A DNA stretch of 64,000 bases from Gekko japonicus (Eukaryota): assembly GCF_001447785.1 (NCBI RefSeq), contig NW_015165831.1, positions 1,302,064-1,366,063 on the forward strand. Direction: 5' to 3'. The notes below the pieces were generated by a model. That model worked only from the letters and a program-made list of their open reading frames with translations, was not told where the DNA came from and ran no database searches. A program made the position numbers and the translations under genes. Positions 37,393 through 49,507 of the stretch are shown piece by piece (the first letter of the stretch is position 1; each line of letters opens with the position of its first letter).

Positions 37393-38146
37393 TGTGACGA
37401 CCCCTTATCTGGGGAGGCCTGGTTTCACTTTAAAAGTGTTCTTTTTATTTTGTTATATTGGGGATATCCGGCTGCCACCAGGAAATTTAAGGCTTTCCAA
37501 ACCTTTATACTATACTGTTTCTATTACTGGGTAGGTAGGTCAAGTTTAAGGCTTTTCAAGGTACTAAGTGTTCCTGAGGAAGGATTCCTTTCAGCTGGTA
37601 TGTTTAAATAAAAGTAGATTTATTGAAATACTTCATAAATAAAAAGGTATAACAAAGTAACTGGTAATGTGAATATTCTGATAAATTGTTTGGTTTCACA
37701 CAAGCACTGCTCCCTTCCTCTACAGGGATTTATCAGGTAACTTTGTAACCCTTTAACTCAAGATCATCTACGTTTCTTGTTTCCCTCCAGTCTGCCACTC
37801 AGACTTTCATATAATTTCTGTTCTCTTAAACTTTACTGTTTCATATACATTCAACTTTTTTCCATACACAGAACTAGCTCCTATATCACACACAAGACTG
37901 CTTCTCTCCCAGACTTCAGAACTAACTAAAAACTTATCAACTGTCTTCATCAACTGTCAAACCTCTAACTGTCACTCTTGACAGACATACCTATTCATCC
38001 ACTCAGAAACACTTCCAAAACCCCTCCCCCTCTCTGTCAATCACCAATCACACCACTCTTGTCTCTTCAACCACTCTAATATATCTCAGCCATGCAATCA
38101 AACTTTTAAAGAGACACACACACACATAAAACAAGGAATCATTACA
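37393..38146. mobile_element. Solo LTR of a different family inserted in the Gypsy integrase
   Basis: TGT...ACA termini, 5-bp TSD GCATG (37388-37392, 38147-38151); integrase sequence (HVMSAPFHPATNGQAERMV) resumes after it. Confidence 0.85.
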
Positions 38147-39558
38147 GCATGTAATGTCTGCACCGTTCCATCCTGCCACAAACGGGCAAGCCGAACGGAT
38201 GGTTTAGACAACTAAGGAAGCACTTAAGAGAATGGGTCAGGGTGACTGGGGGCAGAAGTTAGCTTCATTTCTGCTCAGACAACACATCACGCCCTGTACT
38301 GCTACAGGAAGGAGCCCAGTTGAGCTCCTGATGGGCCGCAGGCTTACCACACTGCTAGATAGGCTCCATCTGGACTTGACAGAGACCCGATCCCCCAGAG
38401 CTGAGGTCCTGGAAATGCCACACACATTGAAACCAACTGACAAGGTTTTCACGCGCAATTACGGAGAGAGACACTTATGGCTTCCCGCCATAATCACAAA
38501 CGTTCTGGGTTCCCATATGTATGTGGCGCAGCTAGCAGACGGCAGGAAACTGCAGCACCACATAGATCAGCTCAGGCAGAGGTGGGCTGACTCCAGACTC
38601 GAGTCCAGCACTGAACCTGACACGATCCCTCACCCAGAAGGTGAACAACGAGGGCCTCCAGATGAGGAGGTGAGTGTTGCAGAGGCCCACATAGAACCTG
38701 AGGATGGGCAATCCCCAACTCAGGAATTTGATCCCTTGGATACCGGCTATCCAGACTCACTGGACAGTGAGTCATCCAGGGCCCCCGAAACCTTGTCACC
38801 ACCCAAACCTGAACCCATTGGAAGGTCACCCTCCTATCTTAGAGATTATGTCTGTCCCGGTATTGTTCCATCTTAGGGGGGAGGAATTGTTATGTCTTCA
38901 CTGTATTAAATGTCATGTTAAGCTTGAGACCTTAGCCAGGATTCTAAGATGGAACAATCCTATTGGCTAATGTATAATTGTAACCAATCAGAAGTCAGAG
39001 AACTGTGCTGGAGGGAACAAATCTGATTGGTTGTTATCTTTACAATGCTACTGGTCCTTAACTATTCTAGGGTGTGGCTACATCAGCCCGGGATAGTTTA
39101 AAAGGGAGCTATGCTCTACTGTTTGTTGTTGTGTGTTCTTCTGATGTTCCTGTTATTAATAAAGCTGATTTCATTGTTACTTACGACTCGGCGTGATAGA
39201 TTACTAATTTACTAGCTAAAGGATGGAGGCAGATGGCGAGAGGCCCATCTGCCTCACGGTGCCAAGAGAAGACAGCGTGTCCCTCTCTTGGTGCGTGCAG
39301 GTAGGGAACAAGTCTTCATTCAGAGTGAGAGAGAAGTAGGAAAGGGGAATTGGTCCCTGAGATTACAATCTGGATATCAAAAAGTAGAAGAGTAGATATA
39401 GAAGAGTAAATACAGGAAGAAAGGTCAGTGTGCCTACCTAGCTATCAAGCCTCTCTTGCCACTCAGTCTGGAGGTCTGAGACAGGGGACATTGCATCTGG
39501 AACTTCCAACACTGGCACATCCCTTTCAATGGGAACAGCTCTCGGCAGGGTGCTAGAG

Positions 39559-39877
39559 CAGTGGTGGCGAACATGTGGCATGGGTGCCAGAGGCGGCACT
39601 CAGAGCCCTCTCAGTGGGCACGTGTGCCATCGCCCCAGCCAGGCCCAGACCGTCATTTAAGTGTGGAATTCTCTGCCAAATAATTTTAAGTAAATGAAAG
39701 CATTTGGGATTGCTTTCATTACTTTGTTTGGATCATCTTATGTTAATGTATGAGTTGTTTTTTTTTCTAAAGTAAAACCTCAGTCAGGTTAAATTGCCGT
39801 GTTGGCACTTTGCGATAAATAAGTGGGTTTTGGGTTGCAGTTTGGGCACTCGGTCTCTAAAAGGTTCACCATCACTG
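39559..39877. mobile_element. hAT-Charlie-like MITE
   Basis: TIR CAGTGGTGGCGAAC / GTTCACCATCACTG; degenerate 8-bp TSD. Confidence 0.75.
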
Positions 39878-40786
39878 TACTAGATGGTGTGTGCATGGAG
39901 CAGAATCCCTGGCTGGTAGACGCACTTTCAGAGTGGCTGCATTTTGCTTTATTGTAAACCACCCCTATGCCTGGAACTCTCTTGCTCTGTTTGGGATTTC
40001 TCATTTGGGTGATAGCAGATCAGCACTTCAGTGTCTTTGGTTGTGTGGGGGGGAATTGACAAAAGGGCCACCAGAGCAGCAGTTTCAGTCCCCATTGCCT
40101 CAAACGGAAGAACATTACCTTCTGTAATCACACCCAACTTTTTAAATTAAAATATGAAGTTAATTACATTTTGAGGGCAGTCTGCCTGCTCCTCTCCCGG
40201 GAGATGGTTAAGATCTCACAATGTCACCTGTTGACTGATGTTAGCTGTGGCTCTGTGGTAGAGCATCTGCTTGGCATCCAGAAGGACCCAGGTTCAGTCC
40301 CCAGTGTCTCCAGTTAAAAGGCATTAGGTGATGTGAAATACCTCTGCATAAGACCCTGGAGAGTTTCAGCCACTCATGGTAGACTCAGCCACTCAGAGTC
40401 CTGGATTAACCATTAAGCAAAATAAACACATGCTTGGGGCCCTAAGGGAAGGGGGGGGTACCACAGTTTCCCCCTAGCTATCATGCACTTAACTCTTTCA
40501 CTGCCACACTCGACTGCTTTTTAGTGTTAATTTTTAAAAAATGTTTATATTTAATATAGTTGTGGGGTCTGGCCTGGAAGAAAACTGAAGTTGGGTAATC
40601 TCTTATTTCACTTTCAGCACTTGTTGAGTCTTAATGTCTTATCAGTTAAGCAATGGAAGGGCCAAGGGGCACCATTGTCTGGCTGTGTTTAGGGCAACAG
40701 TTGGCCTTAATCCAGGCCTGACCGTGATGGACCATTGTTCTGATTCAGTATAACTTCAGGTGAGTCGCTGTGTTGGTTTGATGCAA

Positions 40787-40962
40787 TAGAACAAAGTTTG
40801 AGTCCAGTGGCACCTTTAAGAACAACAAAGTTTAATTCTGGGTCTAAGCTTTCGTGCATGCACACTTCTTCAGATCTGAAGAAGTGTGCATGCACGAAAG
40901 CTTAGACCCAGAATTAAACTTTGTTGCTCTTAAAGGTGCCACTGGACTCAGACTTTGTTCTA
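40787..40962. repeat. 176-bp spacerless palindrome derived from a Penelope remnant
   Basis: 88-bp arms centred on AGATCT, two mismatches. Confidence 0.95.
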
Positions 40963-41149
40963 CTGATCAAGGCAGTGTCATGTGTCTGTGTATCCCTAGT
41001 GGGTAGCAAATACTGGGAAACTCAGATACTAGAATAAATGGATATTATCTAGATTTCATTATCCACTCTTGGCTTTCCTGGCAGGAGCCCTCCACTGGGG
41101 CTCTGAGCATCCCTTAGTTATCCGGGAGAGGGGGGGTGGGGCTGTGCGT

Positions 41150-41960
41150 CCCGGGAAAGAAGGCTGACTTGACCGCGTGTCGCCGCCAGTGGGCAGAGCG
41201 ACCCTCCCTCTTTGTGGCCGGGCACTTTTGCGCAGCTCCGAGGAGGCCAGGGAAGGAACAGCCGGGCGGCCTCCATTTCCCCAGCCTCTCCACACTAGGG
41301 CGGCATCCCCCCCCCCCTCAGGCCAGGCCTGGACCTGCTGCGCCATAGCATCGCCTCGTCGTGGACGCCGGACCAGCGGAGCGTCCCTCGCCAAAGCGCA
41401 CTCGGCGGCGCCCGGCAGCCTGCACCGAGCTCGACTCCCTGCGGAGAGCCCGCTGAGCGCCGCTGGCTCTGTGCCCAGAGCGAGAGGCGCTTCCCTCGTC
41501 CCGACTCCGCCACTTGGGGGCTTTCGGCCCCCTCCCATCATCACATGATGCAGCCAGAGAACATGGCGCAGGCCTAGGCGAGCGAGCCAGGCAAGGTGGG
41601 CGCATCGCGTGGCGCGCCGAGCAGGAGACCGGCCGTGCTGTGCAGGTGAGGGGCCCGCCGCGGGAGGAGGGAAGGAGATCGCAGCGCTGGCCGGCCCTTA
41701 GCAGCGGCCCCGAGCGGCGGCCGCCTTTTCTGGGGCCTGGGCCGGGACCTGGCGGTTCACCGCAGGGGAAGGAGGGGAGCCGCAGGGAACGCCGAGCTCG
41801 GCGAGTTGCGCGGCCGGCGCTGCGGGGAACCTTCTTCCCGGCCCCTGGCGTGGGAAGGATGCGCGGGCGCCGGGCTGGGGCCCCTCTGGGCTCTGGCTGC
41901 TTCCTCCTCTCTCTCTCTGGAGACGGGCTTGGCGGCCCTGAAAGCCACGGCTGTGGCCTG
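41150..41960 (+). promoter_or_regulatory. CpG island promoter and non-coding first exon of the RBM4-like gene
   Basis: Very high GC and CpG density; donor CAG|GTGAGG at 41646 fits an intron to the acceptor at 42313. Confidence 0.75.
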
Positions 41961-42329
41961 CAACGGGGCAGAGTTGGGGGTTGCCAATTCCTAGGTGGGG
42001 GCTGGTGAGCTTTTGGAATGACCACTTAGTCTCCAGATTACATAAATCACGTATTTATTTAAAGCATTTATTCCACCTCTCCTGGAGAAAATGGCTGCTC
42101 TGGAAGCTGGACCACATGGCCCTATATCCTACCAAGGGCCCTCTTCTCCCTAAACCCCACCCTCCCAGGAACCATCCTCAAATCTCCAGGATATTTCCAA
42201 ACCCAGAGTTGGCAACCCTATGCCAGAAATAGAACTGGGCAGGGGAGGTGGGTCTAAATTGTATCCCGAGAGCTAATTCACCCCCCCCCCTGCTTTTACG
42301 CACGGATGGCCAGGGGCCCCGTAGTTGCC

Positions 42330-43283
42330 ATGGTGAAGATCTTCGTTGGGGGCCTGTCTCCGGTGGTCACGGCCGAAGAACTGCGCAAGCTGTTTGAGCA
42401 GTATGGCCAGGTGAACGAGTGTGACATCCTGAAGAACTTTGCCTTTGTGCACATGGAGAAAGAGGACGAGGCGCACCAGGCCATCAGCTCCCTGCACAAA
42501 AGCGAGTTCTTTGGGGCCCACTTGACCGTGGAGTACGCCACCTCCAAGATCCGCAACGCCACCAAGATCTACGTGGGCAATGTTTCCGCCAAGGCCACCA
42601 CTGCCCAGATCAGGCAGCTCTTTGAGAGGTTTGGCAAGGTGGTGGAGTGCGACATCGTGAAGAACTATGCCTTCGTGCACATGGCGAAGGAGCGGGAAGC
42701 CATGGATGCCATCTTGAACCTGAATGACACCCCCTTGGAGGACCAGAAAATCTTCGTCACTCTCTCCAAGAGCAATGGCTCCCTCCGGGCCACTAAGGGG
42801 GCTACTGTACCCACCCCACCAACCCCAACCCCGAGCTACTACTTCTCTAGGGGTCGCATTCCCACTCCTGCCACGACATACACCCCCTACTGCCCCAGGG
42901 CCTGGTACGACAGAGAGTATTGCGACCGCTACTCCTATGAGCTCTACGATCGGGCCCGGGCAGCCTATGACAGGGCCTTGCCTACCCCTGCAACCTCCGC
43001 CCCAGCTGCCTACAGGGAAAGAAGCCCCGTGGGCAGGCGGACAGCGACCCCTACCGCTGTAGTGGCCCAGTACACCGATCCTTATGCTGCTGCGGCAGCT
43101 GCTGCCGCCGCCGCCGCCAACCAAACATACAGCCAAGCCTACAGCCAGCCTGGGTACGCAGCTGCCGCCGCCGCCGCTGCCGCCACATACTCCCAGTACA
43201 GCATAGGCACCGCCTACAACGTGGCGGAATACTACGAGAGGTACGCCAGTGCCTACGCTGCCCAGTACGCGCAGACGTTCTGA
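42330..43283 (+). CDS. RBM4/RBM14/lark-family RNA-binding protein (2 RRMs, Tyr/Ala/Pro-rich tail, no zinc knuckle), 317 aa, single coding exon
   Basis: GCCATGG start MVKIFVGGL; RNP1 motifs KNFAFVHM and KNYAFVHM, ECDI motif typical of RBM4/RBM14; YRERSP and poly-Ala tracts. Upstream acceptor AG at 42312-42313 makes 42330 the likely start rather than 42306. Confidence 0.92.
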   Translation: MVKIFVGGLSPVVTAEELRKLFEQYGQVNECDILKNFAFVHMEKEDEAHQAISSLHKSEFFGAHLTVEYATSKIRNATKIYVGNVSAKATTAQIRQLFERFGKVVECDIVKNYAFVHMAKEREAMDAILNLNDTPLEDQKIFVTLSKSNGSLRATKGATVPTPPTPTPSYYFSRGRIPTPATTYTPYCPRAWYDREYCDRYSYELYDRARAAYDRALPTPATSAPAAYRERSPVGRRTATPTAVVAQYTDPYAAAAAAAAAAANQTYSQAYSQPGYAAAAAAAAATYSQYSIGTAYNVAEYYERYASAYAAQYAQTF

Positions 43284-43301
43284 CCGTGGCCCGCCCCCGC
43301 A

Positions 43302-43595
43302 GTAAGTGTTCAGTGATCATAGGTTGCATGCCAGGTGGCCGAGGTGGGGGAGGGCAGAAGGAATTACTCATGGGGGCCCTATCAGTGCCCAGAGCAAGCC
43401 GAACAGTGCACTCTGGCCTCTCTCCACCCTGTGTCAGTAAAAATGCGGGAGACGAGGTGTATCCAGAAGTGCAGTAGACGGGTCATCTCCCTGCTGGCCG
43501 TGCGTGCCTGCACATGCAGGGCTGCACGTTGTGTTCAAACTGTGTACGTGTATATATGTAATATGTACATCTAAGTGGTGTAGATTTCTTTGCAG
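43302..43595 (+). other. Probable 3' UTR intron of the RBM4-like gene
   Basis: GCA|GTAAGT donor 18 nt after the stop; acceptor tttctttgcag at 43595; ATTAAA at 44189-44194 downstream. Confidence 0.6.
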
Positions 43596-46500
43596 GCCCC
43601 TCCGTGCTTGTGCGAGGTAGCACCGAAGCCATGGCTCTGAGACCCCCCCTTTGCCGATCACGCTCTAACCTGCGCTGGTTTTTTAACATCGGCTTCCTTC
43701 GAAGGTTGGTGATGCTGCCTTTTGGTTCACTGCTCCTCCTCTCCCTCTCTGCCTTCCCCTCTTTCCTCGTTTTATTATTTTTTTCCTCCCCCACCCCCCC
43801 ACCCCCGTTTTCATCCGGTCGTTACCGTAAAGCCTGCTTCGAAGAGCCGCCTCGCCAACCCCGCCTTGCGACCGAATCCGAAGATAAAATTTTGCTCGTA
43901 GGAAAACGTGTCCGTTTTTGAACTCTCCCGCCCAAAGCGACGGGCGCTTGCAGCCTCAGCCCACTCCGCTAGCTAACCGTTGCTTGCTGCGTGTTGCGTA
44001 ACCGAGCTCTCGTTCCTGGAGCAGAGCCGAGAAGAGCCACGAGCTCCGTAGCCAATGATGCTTCCTTTGCTTTCGCTGTATGACCTGGGTACTCCTTTCT
44101 TTGTATAACTGGTGAACAGAGTTTGTTCTTGTCGCCGCAACTTGTTTGGTTTCTCTTTTATTTCCCCGTTTTTAAAATATTGTTGATTATTAAACGGCTT
44201 TTACAGAACCTCTCGCGTCTCGTCGTAAAATCAGCGTCGCTTGGATTATACCCCTTTGTCCGACTTTGCCCTGCCTTCGACCTCCGTCCTGCCTTCTGCA
44301 TGGGGGGGACCGGCCACTGTCATATCCCGCTCCCGGCATTCGAAACGCCTCCCCGCCTACGTTAACGTCCTCCCCCTCCCCTCTACTTTCCCTCAAGAGC
44401 ATCGTCTGCTCCTCTCTCTTGCCTCCGCTGCTGTCTCTAACCCCAGTTTCTAGCTCAGGGAGCTCAGGACCCTTTTTTTGCCAAATGCCGTGAGCCTCGT
44501 GTGCGAATGCTGGATTCCCAGCTCTTTTGGCTATGCCTTGAAAGCCTGGGGTTGGTTTACAAACCACCTGTGCCAAGCGCCCGTGTTTTAACCCTCTTTT
44601 TTCCCATTGACTCTCTTTCTGTGAACAGCCGTGTCCGGAAGGCTCAAGGGGAAGGGATCTCGGGCAGAGCTGACCTGAAGCAAGACAGCGCCTTCTGTTC
44701 TGCCACCGGCCAGCTGACCAGCGTGGAGCTTCTCCAAGCACCTTGAGGGAGCCTCCGACCACTCCCCCCCTCCTTCTCTTTAGTGTAGGCGCTGGAAAGA
44801 AAGGTGGGGGCTGGCGGGTGGAGGCCACTTCTGAGGCCTGGCCAATGGGATTCTTACTCCTCTGCATTTCCCTTCCTCACCACCCGGGATGGAAAGGTTA
44901 TGGGAAGAAAGCCCCAGTTTGTTTTACTGGAAGGGGGTCATGTAGTTAGCCACACAGCTATGTGGTAGGCATTTGGGGGGGGGGGCACTAGAACTTTCCT
45001 TCCTGTGAGGGGAACAAAAGAGACTCAAGTTTTGCTGGAGGTGGGGGGAGGCCAGCACCCTTCTAAGAGCACATGGGAATCAACAGAATTAGCCCATCAA
45101 GATGCTTTAGAATCATAGAGTTGGAAGGGACCTCCAGGGTCATCTAGTCCAACCCTCTACACAATGCAGGAAGTTCACAAATACCCCCCCCCCGCACTCC
45201 CAGTGATCCCTGCTTTATGCCCAGAAGAGGGCAAAAAACCCCAACCTCCCAGGATCCCTGGCCAAACTGGCCTGGAGAACAATTGCTTCCTGACCCAAAA
45301 GTGATGATCAGCATTTCCCTGGGCGTGTAAGAAAGGGCCACAAGAAGTTAGGTGCAGGATGGCAAATCAGATGCTTTCGGGAGATAGGCTAAGAGGTGTG
45401 TCCACTTTTCAACTAATGGGTCAAGATGCACAGGTGGGTCATGCCCTTGGCTCTAAGGGAGCAGCAGTAGAAGTAGTTATTAATTAAAAAAAAGAAAAGA
45501 ACGGACTTCCTATACTTTCACTAGTTGAGGGCATTTCAGCAGGGCCAGCTTCTCCCAGCAGTACAGAGCTGAAATTGCCTCATTCTGGGCAATATTTAAA
45601 AGGACAGGAAGTTGGAGAGAGTGAAAGAAATTTTTCTCCCTCTCCCAGAATACTAGGGCATCCAATGAAGCTGATGGGCAGTAGGTTCAGGAAGGACAAA
45701 ATGAAATACTTTACACGGTGAGTGATTCAAATGTGGAATTTGCTGCCAGAAGATGTAGTAATGGCCACAGGAATAAACAGCTTTAAAAGGGGACTAGATA
45801 GATTAATGGAGGATTGCTCTGATCGAGCAGGGCCTTTATGTTCCACTGTGGCTCAATGAAAGAGCCTCTGCTTTGCATACAGAAGGTCCCAGGTTCAATC
45901 CCTGGCATCTCCAGTTAACCTAGGACACTGGAGAGCCACTGCCAGTCTGAGTAGGCAATACTGACTGCGTAGACAATACTGATGGACCAGTGGTCTGATT
46001 CAGTATGGGGCAGCTTCATGTGTCTACTATTGAGAGATGAGCTGGAAAGGAATACATAGGTGTATTACCCTCCTAAAGGTCACATATTTCAGGCTGGCAT
46101 TAAATGTTGGCCCTTGGAGGTGACGAGGGTGGTGCCTTTTTTGGCTGCCAGCTACTTAGCTGTCCTGTTACTCCCCCGACTTTTTCAGTGGAATCTTTTG
46201 AAGGAAATACGCTGCGCACACTTGACAGTGGGCCACGGCCCATCTGTGCTTGTGTGTTGGCTGAACTGAAAGCTCGGCGGTCTCAGAGCTGTAATAAAGC
46301 AGAAGGACGCAGGCTGTGAGACGGAAGCAAGCCGCCCCCTCCTGATCCCCCTGGTTTGTTTTAGATCCCTCTGCCCGATTCTCAAGGCGCTGTGGGGAAC
46401 TGAGCGGCAGCTGCAGTTGGCTGACGGATTCCCTGGCAGCAGAGTCAGATCTCAAGTCCAGCCCACGTGGCATGGGGAAGCCAATGGGGCAAGGCCGTTC

Positions 46501-49094
46501 AGGTAAGTACTCTTTCTCCTGTACAGCCAGGCCTGGGTGTCATAGCACCAGCATGGAGAGAGCTGGTGGGGGACCTCAAAATAGAGCAGTCTCTCCAGGA
46601 CGTACACACAAGCTCCAGGTTCTTCCGGCTTTCTTGTACCAGAGGTGGTCGAGGCTGTGTGCTTTCCCAGAACCCCTTCCCTCTACCATACCAGATGGAA
46701 GCTGAGCTGAACAGCACACTGAGTGCGGCAGGGGCTGTGGCGCAGCAGTAGAGCATCTGCTTGGCAGGCAGAAGGTCCCAGATTCAGTCCCAGCCAAAAG
46801 GACGATGTAGTAGGCAATATGCAAGAACTCAGCCTGAGACTCTGGAGAGCTGACCAGGGCTTTTTTTTCTGGGGGAACTTGCTGGAATGGAGTTCTGGAA
46901 CCTCTTTGACAAAATTCTTTTTAAAATGTGTAAAAGTTCGTGAGTTTTCAGCATACAGATTGAATCATAGAGTTGGAAGGGACTTTCAGGGTCATCTAGT
47001 CCCACCCCCTGCACAAGGCAGGAATTTCACAAATACCTCCCCCTCCACACCTGTAGTGACCGCTGTTCCAGGCCCAGAAGATGGCAAAAAACCTCCCTGG
47101 CCAAACCGGCTTGGAGCAAAATTGCTTCCTGACCCCAAAGTGGCGATCAGCATTTCCCTGGGCGTGTAAGAAAGACTGAAAACTTCATTTCCCTCTTGGG
47201 AGTTCCAGCACCTTCCCCCCCCCCCAAAAAGCCCTGATGCTGACCTTGATATACCAAAGGTCTGACCCCATATAAGGTGTTGGCACATGTGGTAAGATGA
47301 AAGCGCTAAGTAGGGTTCTTCAGGTTGCACCTCCAGCCACACCTCCAAGCTGAACCGATTGGGCCCCCTATTCTCCGTCCTTCTCTGGGCCTTTCTGCCC
47401 TTCCCAAGGAGGGCTCCTGAGTTCTTCCTCGATCGATTGGGGGCTCGTGGGATTCAGAGTCCTGAGCCTCTCTGTCTCCACTGGGAAGATTGCTTTGTCC
47501 AGGATTCTGGGGGAGGAGAAGGTGCCGTTTCAGGGGTGCAGGTTCACTCCCTAGCGAAGTGACGAACGAGGTCAACAGCTTGCAGGGAAGGCTTTGTAGC
47601 CTTTGCTGTTTTAGTAGCCACCGCCTTGCATTTGCAAAACTAAGGGGAGGGGGTTTAAAATATTTTAAATAAATAAAGTTTAAAAATTGTCTCCGGCTGT
47701 GCCCAGATTTGCCTTCCTTCTGTGGCTTTAGCATTGCGTGGTCTGGGGCGTAACGGGAACTGGGCTGCCTCCACCTTGAGCCGTGAAGTAAGGAGATTGG
47801 AGAGGCAAGATTCCTTTGCTGTGATCATCATGGTGTGCTCAGCCAAAACAGCTGCCACAACAGCTGTGCAGAAATGCACAAGAAAAGGGATTCTGCGCTT
47901 CTCTCTGACTTAAAACATGATGCTGGCAAGGCAGAGCCACCGCCCTGTGGGACTTTGCACAAGCACGGCCTTGTGTTTGAATTCAACCACTACCCATGGG
48001 AAGCGGCACACCCAGCGGCCTAGTTCAAATGCGGCATTGTGCAAAAGTCCCCCGTCCCCCCACCGAGAGTGCTTTTACCTCAGCCAGCATCACTCTTAAA
48101 TAAAGACCGAAGGGTGGACCAGTCTCTCTCTGTGGTCCCTGCAGAATGCTATGAACCAGTTGCCCAGAAGAAGGAATGGGGGCCATTGGCTGCAAAGTGG
48201 AGAGGGTGAAGCCCAGGCGGGTCAGTCAAGGCATACTGTGGCAGGGTGGGGTTCAGCAAGAGCCAGTGGCAGCAAGTGCATGTTGGGGAGGCTTGGGATG
48301 GCGGGTGAGTGCCAGAACCAGGTGTGAACTCTGAGAAGGTGGGTGGTTGAGCTGAGGACTGGGATAGTGGAAAAGGTAACTGCAACAGTGGTTTGTGTGG
48401 TCTGCCTTCTCTCCAACAAGGCGATGGGGCAGTGAGACCAGGGAGAAGCATCCACCTGGGGCTCCTGGCCAATGTTGTCATAAGAACATCAGAACTGTCC
48501 TGCTGGATCAGACCAGTGGTCCATCTAGTCCAGCATCCTGCTCTCAGTGGCCAGCCTGTTCTCTGGAGGGCCAACAACAGAGCATAGAGCCCGAGGCCTT
48601 CCCCTAATGTTGCCTCCTGGTGCTGGGATTCAGAGGATTCAGAGGGTGTTGGTGGCTTTCCTGCTTTGACTGCTGGTGGGAAATGTGTGGTTCTCTGCAA
48701 AGTATTTGCACCACGGGAGCAAGAGACCTGGTGTATAAAGAGCTTCTCCAATGGTGGGCTTAAGACCTGTGCCCTTTAGTCTGGGAGGGGAGTGTCCAGA
48801 AGGCTCCATCTCCAGCAGTTCCCATACTTGGTAGAAGCTGTCTCAGAGTTCATTGGAGCAGTCAGAAGCCACAGGATGATCCAGGCTGCTCCCACATGGC
48901 GACAACCCCCCATTGTGCACTCATGGTCATTGCAACACAAAGGTATTTGCAACCAAGCATTCGTGGGGGGGAGGTTATTCTCAACTATTCCCTTGGTATT
49001 TCCTCATATTCCCTCCCACACCCCATACACAGCCAGAAGGGTTTTTTGCTGATAGTTGGTATATTGCTATAGTCAGTCTTAGGATGCTGTAGAG

Positions 49095-49507
49095 CAGGGG
49101 TGTCAAACATAAGGCTCGGGGGCCGGAACCGGCCTGTCCTGAACTCTTGTGCGGCTCACTAGTGCAGGGGAGGGAACAGGAGACTTCTCGGGGTGGGTGG
49201 GAGCCACTCCAAATCTGACTTCAGCATGGTGGAACCACCTCACCTGCAGCAGTCAGGCTGCATGGGAGCATCTGCCCAGTGCTGCACCGCTGGTTCTCCA
49301 CCAATATGAGTTTTCCTTTGCAACCCCCTCCCAGCCAAGGGGGCCTTGCAGTGAGGATACACCAACTCAGAGCTACAGGCTGCTTTCCTTTATACAGCTT
49401 ATATCTCGAGTATCTGGCATTACGTTTTATGGTACACATGGCCCAGGCCAACAAAGTGACATTTATGTCAGATCCGGCCCTCGTAACAAATGAATTTGAC
49501 ATCTCTG
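49095..49507. mobile_element. hAT-Charlie-like MITE
   Basis: TIR CAGGGGTGTCAAA; TSD CTGTAGAG / CTATAGAG. Confidence 0.8.

Larger units (their letters stand above)
33380..39196 (+). mobile_element. Decayed Ty3/Gypsy LTR retrotransposon (5' LTR 33380-34030, 3' LTR 38888-about 39196)
   Basis: Paired LTRs starting TGTTATG; PBS TGGCGACGAAG at about 34033; polypurine tract before 38888; Gag zinc knuckle CRTCGKWGHLARVC, protease VDSESA, RT VRICADY..YFDN, RNase H and integrase HNGHPG..CMGC; many stops and frameshifts. Confidence 0.95.

Noticed and set aside
32090-39510. Older LTR-like host into which both BovB and Gypsy inserted
   Set aside because: Flanks look LTR-like but I could not find matching termini or a TSD.
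41059-42025. Several Arg/Pro/Gly-rich ORFs on both strands
   Set aside because: Expected stop-codon scarcity in a CpG island; no domain signal.
42273-43136. 287-aa antisense ORF
   Set aside because: Shadow of the GC3-rich RBM4-like CDS.
46364-46502. Possible plus-strand exon ending CAG|GTAAGT, and similar isolated exon-like segments at 6559-6684 and 47306-47551
   Set aside because: No recognisable protein or partner exons; cannot be supported without RNA data.
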